64,000 bases of DNA from Escherichia coli (GCF_016903815.1 NZ_CP069973.1), one strand, 5' to 3'. Counted from the stretch's first letter, positions 1-8,949 are shown. A program made the numbers and translations. The notes: generated by a model not told the origin, from the letters alone.

Positions 1-219
1 GCTGGCGGACACTGTACCGGCAAAATCAATGCCTGGCACCATTGGAAAGTGCCGGACGATAGGCCCGCGGCCCGTAATAGCCAGTGCGTCTTTGTAGTTG
101 ATAGATGAACAGTCGACATTGACCTCCACATCCCCCTGTGGCAGCTCGCTTTCAGCGATTTCAGCAATTTGGGCACTGTGGCGGTCATCCATCTTACTGA
201 TTAATAATGATTTAAACAT
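1..219 (-). CDS. Partial CDS (N-terminal part; continues beyond window start): YhdH/AcuI-like MDR-superfamily NADPH-dependent oxidoreductase
   Basis: Reverse-strand translation from ATG at 217-219 reads MFKSLLISKMDDRHSAQIAEIAESELPQGDVEVNVDCSSINYKDALAITGRGPIVRHFPMVPGIDFAGTV, which aligns with the N-terminus of E. coli YhdH/AcuI (SSLNYKDALAITGKG...PMIPGIDFAGTV). Not the K-12 yhdH locus, so probably island cargo. Confidence 0.6.
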   Translation of the reverse strand, partial: MFKSLLISKMDDRHSAQIAEIAESELPQGDVEVNVDCSSINYKDALAITGRGPIVRHFPMVPGIDFAGTVSAS

Positions 220-872
220 TTTTTTTCTCGTCTTTCTGGTTTGATGTCATTGAGCTATAAAGTAGTCAATAAACAATATTGACCGATCGTCTAATAATCA
301 ACGCTGATATCCCAGTGTTTGTCAGAAAACAAGAATTGCTTTTCTTTTCATCAGGTTAAATCTATCTTTTTTGATTTATATCAAACCAGATTCGGTCTTC
401 AATTATATAGGCATCAATGTTAGCGGTCCTACAAGATACGCAGTCGATGCTTCAGGGCGTACTGATGAAATAAAACAAGTAGGCTGAGATTAGTTGGTCT
501 GCTCATCGCTCACAGCGGACCTTCAGCTTCGTTAGCCAAGCGCTGACATAGTTACCGATGTAGCGTGTTAATCTGTCGGGAGCATAGCCGAAATCACTTA
601 ATCCATTAGACTTCACCTAAAACTGCAAAAATTACCGTCTTTGTCACACTCACCGAGTTTAATCAAACTAACACTGTACATAGTGCGAACAAGAGCCAAC
701 CAGAAAGACTGTTCAGCATCAACAGTGAAGTTTTTCCCCGCCACTTCCCCGCAATTCCTCCGCAGTTTTCCCACTAGAGAGTTCGACACATCCCTTGCAT
801 ACCAACGCTTTGATTCAAATCTCGGTAGTGCATCCAATTAGTAGAATATGTGTTTTTCGATAAATGCTCCGA

Positions 873-1232
873 TCACTTTTTCGTGGATCTCAACTGAGCG
901 TGAGAAGCAGATTGTTTACGAGCCAACCGCTTAATGTGGGTGCGTAGCGTCAGATTATTACGCTCAATGCGTTGGGTGAATATTTTGCCGGTCAGATGCT
1001 TATTCTTCGGCACCACCCGGCCATAGCTGTCCCAGTCATCGCTGGTGAGCATGCCGATGTTGAAGGGTGTAAGCAGTGCCAGTAGCTCCCGGCACGTTTG
1101 ATTGGTTCGGGGACCAAAAGTGTAGGCCAGTACACCGCCTGTTTTGGTGTTGTACGCGTACCAGAGCCAGTGTAGCCGGGCTTTACTGCCAACGTAGCTC
1201 CATTGCTCATCAAGCTCGCAGATAAGCGCCAC
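873..1232 (-). CDS. insB: IS1-family InsB-like transposase segment (probably expressed as InsAB' by -1 frameshift, or N-terminally truncated)
   Basis: 119 aa ORF ...CELDEQWSYVGSKARLHWLWYAYNTKTGGVLAYTFGPRT... matches the IS1 InsB catalytic region (compare [25 protein letters not shown]...). Confidence 0.7.
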   Translation of the reverse strand: MALICELDEQWSYVGSKARLHWLWYAYNTKTGGVLAYTFGPRTNQTCRELLALLTPFNIGMLTSDDWDSYGRVVPKNKHLTGKIFTQRIERNNLTLRTHIKRLARKQSASHAQLRSTKK

Positions 1233-1258
1233 ATCAGCATGGGCAACAGGCGAAGAAG

Positions 1259-1531
1259 TTATTTGCGTTGGCGCGAGTTTTTTAAAGTCCGGATGATGGT
1301 GTTAATACCAATTTTCAGTGTCCTGGCGGTATCGCGAACCCCGGCACCATTAAAGGCCATTTCAGTGATCATCTCTTTCATACCCGGCTTACGTGCTTGA
1401 TAAGTATAAGTGAGCTGAAACACACGGTGGCAGTCACGGCAGCGAAATCTGTCACGGCCTTTAGGGTTCTGACCATGGCGGTAAACCTGAGCTGACTGAC
1501 AACGGGGACAATGAATATTAACGCTGGCCAT
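1259..1531 (-). CDS. insA: IS1-family InsA-like protein (zinc-finger/HTH transposition regulator)
   Basis: 90 aa MASVNIHCPRCQSAQVYRHGQNPKGRDRFRCRDCHRVFQLTYTYQARKPG...; CxxC...CxxC pattern and colinearity with canonical IS1 InsA. Confidence 0.8.
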   Translation of the reverse strand: MASVNIHCPRCQSAQVYRHGQNPKGRDRFRCRDCHRVFQLTYTYQARKPGMKEMITEMAFNGAGVRDTARTLKIGINTIIRTLKNSRQRK

Positions 1532-1783
1532 GAGATAACCTCAAAAGCCCGTATTATACATCAGATTCAACCAATTAGAGGCATCACCCTTTCCTACATT
1601 CGTAGGACTTTGATTACATATAGCAAGGGTTAATTCTTATATACATAGAATAAATTAGGAATATAATGAATTTTATCGTGACGACCTTATTTATAATTAA
1701 TTTATATCGTCAGAGAAATTAGTGTCCACAACATGAAGCCTTACAAAGAGATTCTATGATTTAAAAAAAATAAGAGCCAGCTT

Positions 1784-3253
1784 ATGCATATCGATTCGAC
1801 TGAAAAAAATAATAAACAAAAGTTGGGCTTGCTTGCGCTAACATCCATTGTCGTGAGCTCGATGATCGGCAGCGGCGTTGACGGACTCCCCCAGAATATG
1901 GCGGAGAATTCTGCCGTGGGCCCGGTGGCGATAGCATGGATAGTCTGTGGTATCGGCATGTTTTTCATCTCCAGAACTTTTATCGTGCTGTCAAACATTA
2001 GACCTGATCTCCAGTCAGGAGTTTATATGTATGCCCGGGAAGGGTTCGGCCGATTTACGGCATTTAACGTCGCCTGGGGCTACTGGCTGATGACTATATT
2101 CAGCAACGTCGCCTTTGCCATTATGGTGATGGATACGCTGAATTATTTCTTACCAGGTGATTTCAAGGGAGGGAACAATATTCCTTCCGTTATCGGTGCC
2201 TCTTTGCTGATATGGGGATTCAACTTTTTAGTCCTCTCCGGTACCCGCATTGCCGGGTCGATTAACATCGTCGGCACGCTGGCCAAACTGATCCCGCTGG
2301 TGGCCTTTATTATTATTCTCATGCTGTTTATGAAGTACACCACGTTCGCAGATAACGTCTGGGGGCACAGCGCGAGTAAGGCCAGTCAGGACCTAGGCTC
2401 TATTTTCTCACAGGTAACTTCACCGCTTAGCGTGGCACTCTGGAGCTTCATCGGCGTTGAGGGGGCTGTCGCTCTTTCCGGTCGGGCCAAAAATAAACGC
2501 GACGTGGGTAAAGCCACATTCATTGGCTTCGTTGTATCACTGATTATCTGTCTGCTGGTCTCCATCCTGCCGTTTGGCGTGCTGACTCAACATGAGCTCA
2601 GCGCAATTCCAACCCCATCCACCGCCGGTATTCTGAAGATTGTTGTCGGTGAATGGGGGAAGATTATGATTATCTTGGGGGTGCTGATTTCGGTGCTTAC
2701 CAGCTGGCTGGCGTGGACCATCATCTGCGCCGAACTGCCTATGGTGGCCGCGCAGAACGGCACATTCCCGAAACCGTTCAGCAAAAAAAATGTGAAGGGT
2801 TCGGCCTCGGTTTCGCTTTATATAAGCAGTGCGTTTATGCAAATCGTCGTACTTCTGGTCTACTTTTCTAACGATGCCTGGCTTGCAATGCTGGCTATCT
2901 CTACCCTGACCGTTTTACCTGCGTATTTAATGACCACGGCATACCTGTTTAAACTATGTATTAGCGGCGAGTATGCCAGCTATACCACGAATCACAGCCG
3001 CAGCGCCGCGCTGGTCAGCAGTATTATCGGCTTTGTATTCTGCCTGTTTATGTTCTACGCCAGTGAAATCAAATATCTGGCGATGGTTCCGGTGCTGCTT
3101 ACGCTGGGCGTGCCCCTGTTTATCTGGGCAAGAAAAAAAGACGATCGCGCAGATAAAATATTTACGCTACGCGAACTGGCATTTTTTATTTTACTGCTGG
3201 TCCTCGACATCATTGTTTTTATTCTACTGCATTATAAAACGATACATTTTTAG
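1784..3253 (+). CDS. ArcD/YdgI-type basic amino acid/polyamine antiporter (APC superfamily, APA family), copy 1
   Basis: 489 aa; ATG at 1784 with AAGAG RBS; N-terminal KLGLLALTSIVVSSMIGSGV..LPQNMA motif and GVEGAVALSGRAKNKRDVGKAT motif typical of ArcD/YdgI arginine:ornithine-type exchangers; multiple hydrophobic helices. Confidence 0.85.
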   Translation: MHIDSTEKNNKQKLGLLALTSIVVSSMIGSGVDGLPQNMAENSAVGPVAIAWIVCGIGMFFISRTFIVLSNIRPDLQSGVYMYAREGFGRFTAFNVAWGYWLMTIFSNVAFAIMVMDTLNYFLPGDFKGGNNIPSVIGASLLIWGFNFLVLSGTRIAGSINIVGTLAKLIPLVAFIIILMLFMKYTTFADNVWGHSASKASQDLGSIFSQVTSPLSVALWSFIGVEGAVALSGRAKNKRDVGKATFIGFVVSLIICLLVSILPFGVLTQHELSAIPTPSTAGILKIVVGEWGKIMIILGVLISVLTSWLAWTIICAELPMVAAQNGTFPKPFSKKNVKGSASVSLYISSAFMQIVVLLVYFSNDAWLAMLAISTLTVLPAYLMTTAYLFKLCISGEYASYTTNHSRSAALVSSIIGFVFCLFMFYASEIKYLAMVPVLLTLGVPLFIWARKKDDRADKIFTLRELAFFILLLVLDIIVFILLHYKTIHF

Positions 3254-3357
3254 TCCAGATTAATTCACAGCAAGTTAAGGTGACGATAATGTCTGTTTCT
3301 TGGGCATGACATCCTCACAGTTAAATACTATCTGAACAGTAACAGTGGAGACACCTA

Positions 3358-5727
3358 ATGAAATTTAACCACAATCTTTTATTTATTTCCTCACAATATC
3401 TTGATGGCGACAACCCTTCGCAGCAGGTACTGGAAGAGCTTCAAACCGAACTCGCGGAACGCGGTTTTAAAATTCATATCACGCACCAGATCTCTGATGG
3501 ATTAAAAATCATCGAAAAAAGCCCCCAATACAGCGGGATTGGTTTTTACTGGGAGCCAGACAATCCGACCTTTGCAGAAGAGCTACAGCACTTTATCAGC
3601 ATATTCCGCAAAAGAAATGCCACGACGCCGCTGATAATTTTCTCAGAACAGAATATTACCGATCGTATCCCACTCGACGTCTTAAAAGAGGTCAGCGAAT
3701 ATGTTTATCTGTTCTCTGAATCCGCAGCCTTCACTGCCAATCGACTGTACTCCTTAGTCCACCGCTATGCGGATAAGCTTCTTCCTCCCTACTTTAAAAC
3801 CCTTAAGGACTTTACCGAGGACGGTGACTATTACTGGGACTGCCCGGGGCATATGGGGGGAATGGCCTATCTGAAACATCCTGTTGGCATTGAGTTCATT
3901 AACTTCTTTGGCGAAAACATGATGCGCGCTGATATTGGCGTGGCTACCGCGGAGATGGGGGATTATCTGATCCACGCCGGACCGCCTAAAAAATCGGAAG
4001 AAATTGCGGCCCGACTGTTTGGCTCTGATTGGACCTTCTACGGTGTTTCCGGCTCATCGGGGTCGAACCGTATTGTGGCCCAGGCTGCGGTTGGCGCAGA
4101 TGAAATTGCCATTATTGACCGAAATTGCCACAAGTCACTTAATCATGGCCTGACCTTGTCTCAGGCAAGGCCGGTTTACCTGAAACCTACCCGCAACGCG
4201 TGGGGGCTGATTGGGCCTATCCCGACCGGACGCCTGAAGAAGGCCAGTATTGATGCGCTGGTGGCAAACAGCCGACTGGCATCTGGTGCGGTCAGCCAGT
4301 CCCCGTCCTACGCCGTGGTAACCAACTGCACCTATGATGGCTTCTGTTATAACGTGAACGATGTAGTCAGACACCTGGGTGAAAGCGCACCGCGCATCCA
4401 TTTTGATGAAGCATGGTATGCCTATGCGCGTTTCCATCCGCTATACCAGAGTCGCTATGCAATGGACGCGGAGGAAACGCCAAATCGTCCAACCCTATTC
4501 GCCGTACAGTCCACCCATAAAATGCTGCCCTCACTCTCCATGGCCTCAATGATTCATGTGAAGAAAAGCGATCGCGCGCCGCTTAATTTCGATGACTTTA
4601 ACGATGCCTTTATGATGCACGGCACGACCTCACCCTACTACCCGATCATTGCATCAATTGATGTGGCAGTAAGCATGATGGAGGGTGAATCCGGTTATTC
4701 GCTTGTGCAGGAGTCAATTGAAGAAGCGATTGCCTTCCGTAAAGCCGTGGTCAGCGTCAAGCGCCAGCTCCAGGAGCAGGAAGGTGGTGACGCCTGGTTC
4801 TTCGATGTGCTTCAGCCAACCGAAGTGCAGGACAGCGATTCTGGGCAGCGATACAGTTTTGAAGAGGCACCCGTATCGCTGCTGAGCCACAGCGCCGACT
4901 GCTGGTCGCTGCGCTCCGGTGAGCGCTGGCACGGTTTTGCCGATGATGATCTGGTCGAAACCAACAGTATGCTCGATCCAGTAAAAGTGACCCTGACTTG
5001 TCCAGGGATCGGCCCGAAGGGAGAATACCAGAAAAACGGTATTCCGGGATATTTGCTGACCCGTTTTCTCGATGACCGTCGCATTGAAATTGCCCGTACT
5101 GGTGACTACACCGTGCTGATCCTGTTCTCCGTCGGCATCACCAAAGGCAAATGGGGAACTCTGATTGAAAGCCTGCTGGCCTTTAAAAAGCATTACGACA
5201 ATGACGATCTGGCCACAGATGCTATCCCGTCGCTGAAAGCGCATTCTCCACACTACGACACGCTAACCCTCAAGGAGCTATGTCAGATAATGCATGAAAA
5301 AATGGATGAGCTGGAGCTGATGTCGCATATCAACGACGCGGTAAACACCGATCCGGAACCAGTTATGACCCCGGCAGAAGCCTATCAGAAAGTCGTACGC
5401 TACAAAACCGAGCATATCCGGCTGGATGATTTTAGCGGCAGAATTGCCGCCAGCATGCTCGTCCCATATCCCCCAGGCATTCCTGTACTGATGCCGGGCG
5501 AACGGATGCCGCAAGGTAACAAGGGCATTATTGGCTATCTGCGCGCCCTGCAGGAATTCGATAAGCAATTCCCAGGTTTTGAACATGAGATCCAGGGCGT
5601 TAACGTCGATGAAGACGGGGACTTCTGGGTCAGAGCGATTGTGGAAGAAGAACGCGATGGGCAGTCGCTACCCGGCCACATAACCTTTAAACGCCAGGTC
5701 TCTGGTATTAAAAAGGGCCGCCAGTAG
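3358..5727 (+). CDS. PLP-dependent Orn/Lys/Arg decarboxylase, AdiA/CadA/SpeF family (fold-I, with N-terminal wing domain); substrate not assignable from sequence
   Basis: 789 aa; GGAGA RBS before ATG 3358; conserved blocks shared with E. coli AdiA (YWDCPGHMGG, SGSSGSNRIV, DRNCHKSLNHGL, VVTNCTYDGFCYN, HFDEAWYAYARF, STHKML with the PLP-binding Lys, ASIDVAVSMMEG, MLDPVKVTL, KGKWGTL, PYPPGIPVLMPGE, FPGFEHE). Longer than AdiA (755 aa) with a distinct C-terminal tail. Confidence 0.9.
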   Translation: MKFNHNLLFISSQYLDGDNPSQQVLEELQTELAERGFKIHITHQISDGLKIIEKSPQYSGIGFYWEPDNPTFAEELQHFISIFRKRNATTPLIIFSEQNITDRIPLDVLKEVSEYVYLFSESAAFTANRLYSLVHRYADKLLPPYFKTLKDFTEDGDYYWDCPGHMGGMAYLKHPVGIEFINFFGENMMRADIGVATAEMGDYLIHAGPPKKSEEIAARLFGSDWTFYGVSGSSGSNRIVAQAAVGADEIAIIDRNCHKSLNHGLTLSQARPVYLKPTRNAWGLIGPIPTGRLKKASIDALVANSRLASGAVSQSPSYAVVTNCTYDGFCYNVNDVVRHLGESAPRIHFDEAWYAYARFHPLYQSRYAMDAEETPNRPTLFAVQSTHKMLPSLSMASMIHVKKSDRAPLNFDDFNDAFMMHGTTSPYYPIIASIDVAVSMMEGESGYSLVQESIEEAIAFRKAVVSVKRQLQEQEGGDAWFFDVLQPTEVQDSDSGQRYSFEEAPVSLLSHSADCWSLRSGERWHGFADDDLVETNSMLDPVKVTLTCPGIGPKGEYQKNGIPGYLLTRFLDDRRIEIARTGDYTVLILFSVGITKGKWGTLIESLLAFKKHYDNDDLATDAIPSLKAHSPHYDTLTLKELCQIMHEKMDELELMSHINDAVNTDPEPVMTPAEAYQKVVRYKTEHIRLDDFSGRIAASMLVPYPPGIPVLMPGERMPQGNKGIIGYLRALQEFDKQFPGFEHEIQGVNVDEDGDFWVRAIVEEERDGQSLPGHITFKRQVSGIKKGRQ

Positions 5728-5745
5728 GCGGGGGAAAGAACAATA

Positions 5746-5771
5746 CCGTCGGATCGCCTGCAATCCGACGG
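5746..5771 (+). promoter_or_regulatory. Intercistronic stem-loop between the decarboxylase and the downstream antiporter (possible attenuator or mRNA processing/stability element)
   Basis: Inverted repeat CCGTCGGAT-cgcctgca-ATCCGACGG (9-bp stem) in the 74-bp spacer; no strong T-run follows. Confidence 0.4.
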
Positions 5772-5801
5772 CAATATTATAGAATAGCTGAGGGAAACGT
5801 T

Positions 5802-7301
5802 ATGGCAGAGCAATCTTCAGATGTAAAAAATAGTGACAATAGCGCCGGAGGACATAAGCTGGGGCTTATATCCCTCATCGCTATTGTCGTTAGCTCCATG
5901 CTGGGAGGCGGCGTTTTCAGTCTGCCGCAAAACACGGCGGCCTCTTCTGCACTAGGGCCAGTAATCATTGCATGGATTATTGCCGGGATCGGTATTTATT
6001 TTATCGCAAACTCCTTTCGCGTACTATCAGATCTGCGCCCGGACCTTCAGGCTGGAGTGTATATGTATGCCCAGGAAGGTTTTGGTTCCTTTATTGGCTT
6101 TAACGTCGCCTGGGGCTACTGGCTGATGACCGCATTTGGCAACGTTGCCTTTGCGGTAATTTTAATGGATGCTTTTAATCAGTTTATGCCGGGGGTTTTT
6201 ACGGATGGTAATAATCTGAACTCCATTATCTGCGGCTCAGTGCTGATCTGGGGCTATAATTTTCTTGTTCTGTCCGGGACGAAAGTGGCCGGATTTGTTA
6301 ACACCTTGGGAACCATCGCCAAGCTCGTCCCTCTGATCCTATTCGTATTACTGCTGGGTGTGCTGATCGATTATTCGGACCTGTTTAAAAACTTTTGGGG
6401 AGAATCACCCGCGATCCTCAGTGGCAACGGAAATGACGCCGCACCAGTATCGCTGCTGTCTCAGATTCTGGCACCGATGACCGTAACGCTCTGGGCCTTT
6501 ATTGGCGTCGAGGGAGCGGTTGTTCTATCCGGACGTGCCAAAAATAAACAGGACGTAGGGAAAGCCACACTGATCGGCTTTCTGCTGGCGCTAATTATTT
6601 ATATGTTAATGTCCATTCTGCCGTTCGGTGTAATGCCTCAGGCAGAACTAGCGCAGGTCAGTAACCCCTCTACCGCAGGCGTGCTCGCCCACGTTGTCGG
6701 TCAGTGGGGCGACTGGCTGATGAGCGCGGGGCTGATTATTTCTGTTCTGGCCGGCTGGCTTGCCTGGACCATGCTATGCGCTGAAATACCGATGGTAGCA
6801 GGACAGAAAGGCGCTTTCCCGCGCGCGTTTGCCCGAACGAACAGTAAACAGGCGGCCAATGTGTCACTGTGGGTTAGTAGCTTTGTGATGCAGGCGGCCA
6901 TGTTACTTGTTTATTTTTCAAATAATGCTTGGACCACCATGTATAATATCAGTGCGCTGATGGTTGTTCCGGCCTATATTACCACCACGCTGTATCTGAC
7001 CAGTATTTGCAGAAACGGAAAATATGATCAGTATGCAAAAAAAGGCCGCAGGCTGGCTTTGTCCAGCGGTGTTTTAGGCTCGCTATTCTGTCTGTTTATT
7101 CTTTACGCCAGCCAGATTGAGTATGTTGCATTAATTCCTATCCTGTTGACCTGTGGTCTGCCGGTCTTTATCTGGTCAAGAAAAGAAAAAAATGATGGTC
7201 AGCCGATATTTACCAAAAAAGAGCTGATTTATCTGATTATGCTGTTGCTGTGCGATATTATCGTCGTTGCCCTGTTTATTGGTGGATATTTAAAGGTATA
7301 A
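5802..7301 (+). CDS. ArcD/YdgI-type basic amino acid/polyamine antiporter (APA family), copy 2 (paralog of 1784..3253)
   Basis: 499 aa; GAGGGA RBS; same motifs as copy 1 (KLGLISLIAIVVSSMLGGGVFSLPQNTA, GVYMYAQEGFG, FNVAWGYWLMT, GVEGAVVLSGRAKNKQDVGKAT) with long collinear identity. Confidence 0.85.
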   Translation: MAEQSSDVKNSDNSAGGHKLGLISLIAIVVSSMLGGGVFSLPQNTAASSALGPVIIAWIIAGIGIYFIANSFRVLSDLRPDLQAGVYMYAQEGFGSFIGFNVAWGYWLMTAFGNVAFAVILMDAFNQFMPGVFTDGNNLNSIICGSVLIWGYNFLVLSGTKVAGFVNTLGTIAKLVPLILFVLLLGVLIDYSDLFKNFWGESPAILSGNGNDAAPVSLLSQILAPMTVTLWAFIGVEGAVVLSGRAKNKQDVGKATLIGFLLALIIYMLMSILPFGVMPQAELAQVSNPSTAGVLAHVVGQWGDWLMSAGLIISVLAGWLAWTMLCAEIPMVAGQKGAFPRAFARTNSKQAANVSLWVSSFVMQAAMLLVYFSNNAWTTMYNISALMVVPAYITTTLYLTSICRNGKYDQYAKKGRRLALSSGVLGSLFCLFILYASQIEYVALIPILLTCGLPVFIWSRKEKNDGQPIFTKKELIYLIMLLLCDIIVVALFIGGYLKV

Positions 7302-7443
7302 GTCCGAGTTAAATCTTTACTGGGCTAGTAATGCCGCCTTTTAAACAAGAAGGGCGGCAATCTTACTGAAATTAGTATGCTGCAAATCGGTAATGCTGCC
7401 AACTTACTGATTTAGTGTATGATGGTGATTTTAAGGTGCTTGC

Positions 7444-7719
7444 GTGGCTTCCATTTCCATCAGATGTCCTTCCTGCTCCGCTACTGAAGGCGTGGTGCGT
7501 AACGGCAAAAGCACTGCCGGACATCAGCGCTATCTCTGCTCTCACTGCCGTAAAACATGGCAACTGCAGTTCACTTACACCGCTTCTCAACCCGGTACGC
7601 ACCAGAAAATCATTGATATGGCCATGAATGGCGTTGGATGCCGGGCAACTGCCCGCATTATGGGCGTTGGCCTCAACACGATTTTACGTCACTTAAAAAA
7701 CTCAGGCCGCAGTCGGTAA
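7444..7719 (+). CDS. insA: IS1 InsA
   Basis: 91 aa [91 protein letters not shown]. Confidence 0.95.
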   Translation: MASISIRCPSCSATEGVVRNGKSTAGHQRYLCSHCRKTWQLQFTYTASQPGTHQKIIDMAMNGVGCRATARIMGVGLNTILRHLKNSGRSR

Positions 7720-8141
7720 CCTCGCGCATACAGCCGGGCAGTGACGTCATCGTCTGCGCGGAAATGGGCGAACAGTGGGGCTATGTCGGGGCTAAATCGC
7801 GCCAGCGCTGGCTGTTTTACGCGTATGACAGGCTCCGGAAGACGGTTGTTGCGCACGTATTCGGTGAACGCACGATGGCGACGCTGGGGCGTCTTATGAG
7901 CCTGCTGTCACCCTTTGACGTGGTGATATGGATGACGGATGGCTGGCCGCTGTATGAATCCCGCCTGAAGGGAAAGCTGCACGTAATCAGCAAGCGATAT
8001 ACGCAGCGAATTGAGCGGCATAACCTGAATCTGAGGCAGCACCTGGCACGGCTGGGACGGAAGTCGCTGTCGTTCTCAAAATCGGTGGAGCTGCATGACA
8101 AAGTCATCGGGCATTATCTGAACATAAAACACTATCAATAA
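7638..8141 (+). CDS. insB: IS1 InsB (expressed as InsAB' fusion by frameshift)
   Basis: 167 aa ORF ...[40 protein letters not shown]...[10 protein letters not shown], canonical IS1 InsB. Confidence 0.95.
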   Translation: MPGNCPHYGRWPQHDFTSLKKLRPQSVTSRIQPGSDVIVCAEMGEQWGYVGAKSRQRWLFYAYDRLRKTVVAHVFGERTMATLGRLMSLLSPFDVVIWMTDGWPLYESRLKGKLHVISKRYTQRIERHNLNLRQHLARLGRKSLSFSKSVELHDKVIGHYLNIKHYQ

Positions 8142-8156
8142 GTTGGAGTCATTATC

Positions 8157-8949
8157 TAACCGTAGCGTTTATTACGCGCAGGTGACGCGTCCTGTTAATG
8201 TGCAAAGAATTGACTTACGAAGTCGGGTGAGGGCTTTCCATGCTCTCAGTCGTGGCGCAGCCGGTAGCCGTGCAATCAGTCAGATGTTGCGCCAGAGTAG
8301 CGTTGATGCAGGCCGGTGGCTGGCACGACGACTGATGCGGGAATGCGGGCTGACAAGTCGACAGATGGTTAAACATCACTACCGGGTCAACGAAGACAAA
8401 AGTCCGCCATTGCCAAATTTACTGAACCGGCAATTTCACCCCGCCGCACCAGACCGCGTCTGGTGCGGCGACATCAGTTTTATTCGCCTGCATGACAAAT
8501 GGTGTTAGCTCGCGCTCGTTGTTGATTTATATTCACGGCGGATTACCGGTTCAGCCCTCTCATTAACCGCTGATGCTGAGTTGGTGTGTAGGGCTTTGCG
8601 TAATGCACTGGAAACACGATCACGTGATGGCCGTCTGCTGTTTCATTCAGATCAAGGTGTTCAGTATAAAAGCAATAAATACAGAAAGTTACTCTGGCGT
8701 TATGGGGTAATGCAAAGTATGAGTTGCAGAGGGAATGGCCTGGATAATTCGCCGATGGAAAGAGTCTTTCGCAGCCTTAAAAATGAATGGCTTCCGAAAG
8801 GTGGTTATGGTGATTTTATCCATGCGGTACGTGATATAAACCAGTGGATTAATGGTTATTACAACGTTTATCGACCTCACACGAACAACGATGGTTTACC
8901 GCCTTGCTTACATGAAGAAAAGTGGAAACAGGTTATTCCGGTGTCCTGA
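8157..8949 (+). pseudogene. IS3-family transposase OrfB remnant: 5' part (OrfA and start of OrfB) removed by the IS1 insertion, plus an in-frame TAG at 8506-8508
   Basis: Single reading frame translates ...[49 protein letters not shown]...[11 protein letters not shown]...[13 protein letters not shown]...[15 protein letters not shown], collinear with IS3/IS2-type OrfB; the amber codon sits where family members have Tyr (WLYLAVV). 3' end of the element not precisely located (probably within ~40 bp after 8949). Confidence 0.8.

Larger units (their letters stand above)
824..1588 (-). mobile_element. IS1-family insertion sequence, divergent isoform (~765 bp)
   Basis: Terminal inverted repeats GGTAGTGCATCCAATTAGTAGAAT (824-) and GGTGATGCCTCTAATTGGTTGAAT (reverse complement ending at 1588) resemble IS1 IRs; encloses insA-like and insB-like ORFs. 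No flanking 9-bp direct repeat seen. Confidence 0.75.
7389..8156 (+). mobile_element. IS1 insertion sequence (768 bp, near-canonical)
   Basis: Starts GGTAATGCTGCCAACTTACTGATTTAGTGTATGATGGTG and ends ...AAGTTGGAGTCATTATC; contains canonical insA and insB. No 9-bp target duplication at flanks. Confidence 0.95.

Noticed and set aside
613-841. Overlapping 74-aa (minus) and 66-aa (plus) ORFs
   Set aside because: Mutually overlapping on opposite strands, run into the IS1 inverted repeat, and have no RBS or family resemblance; probably non-coding.
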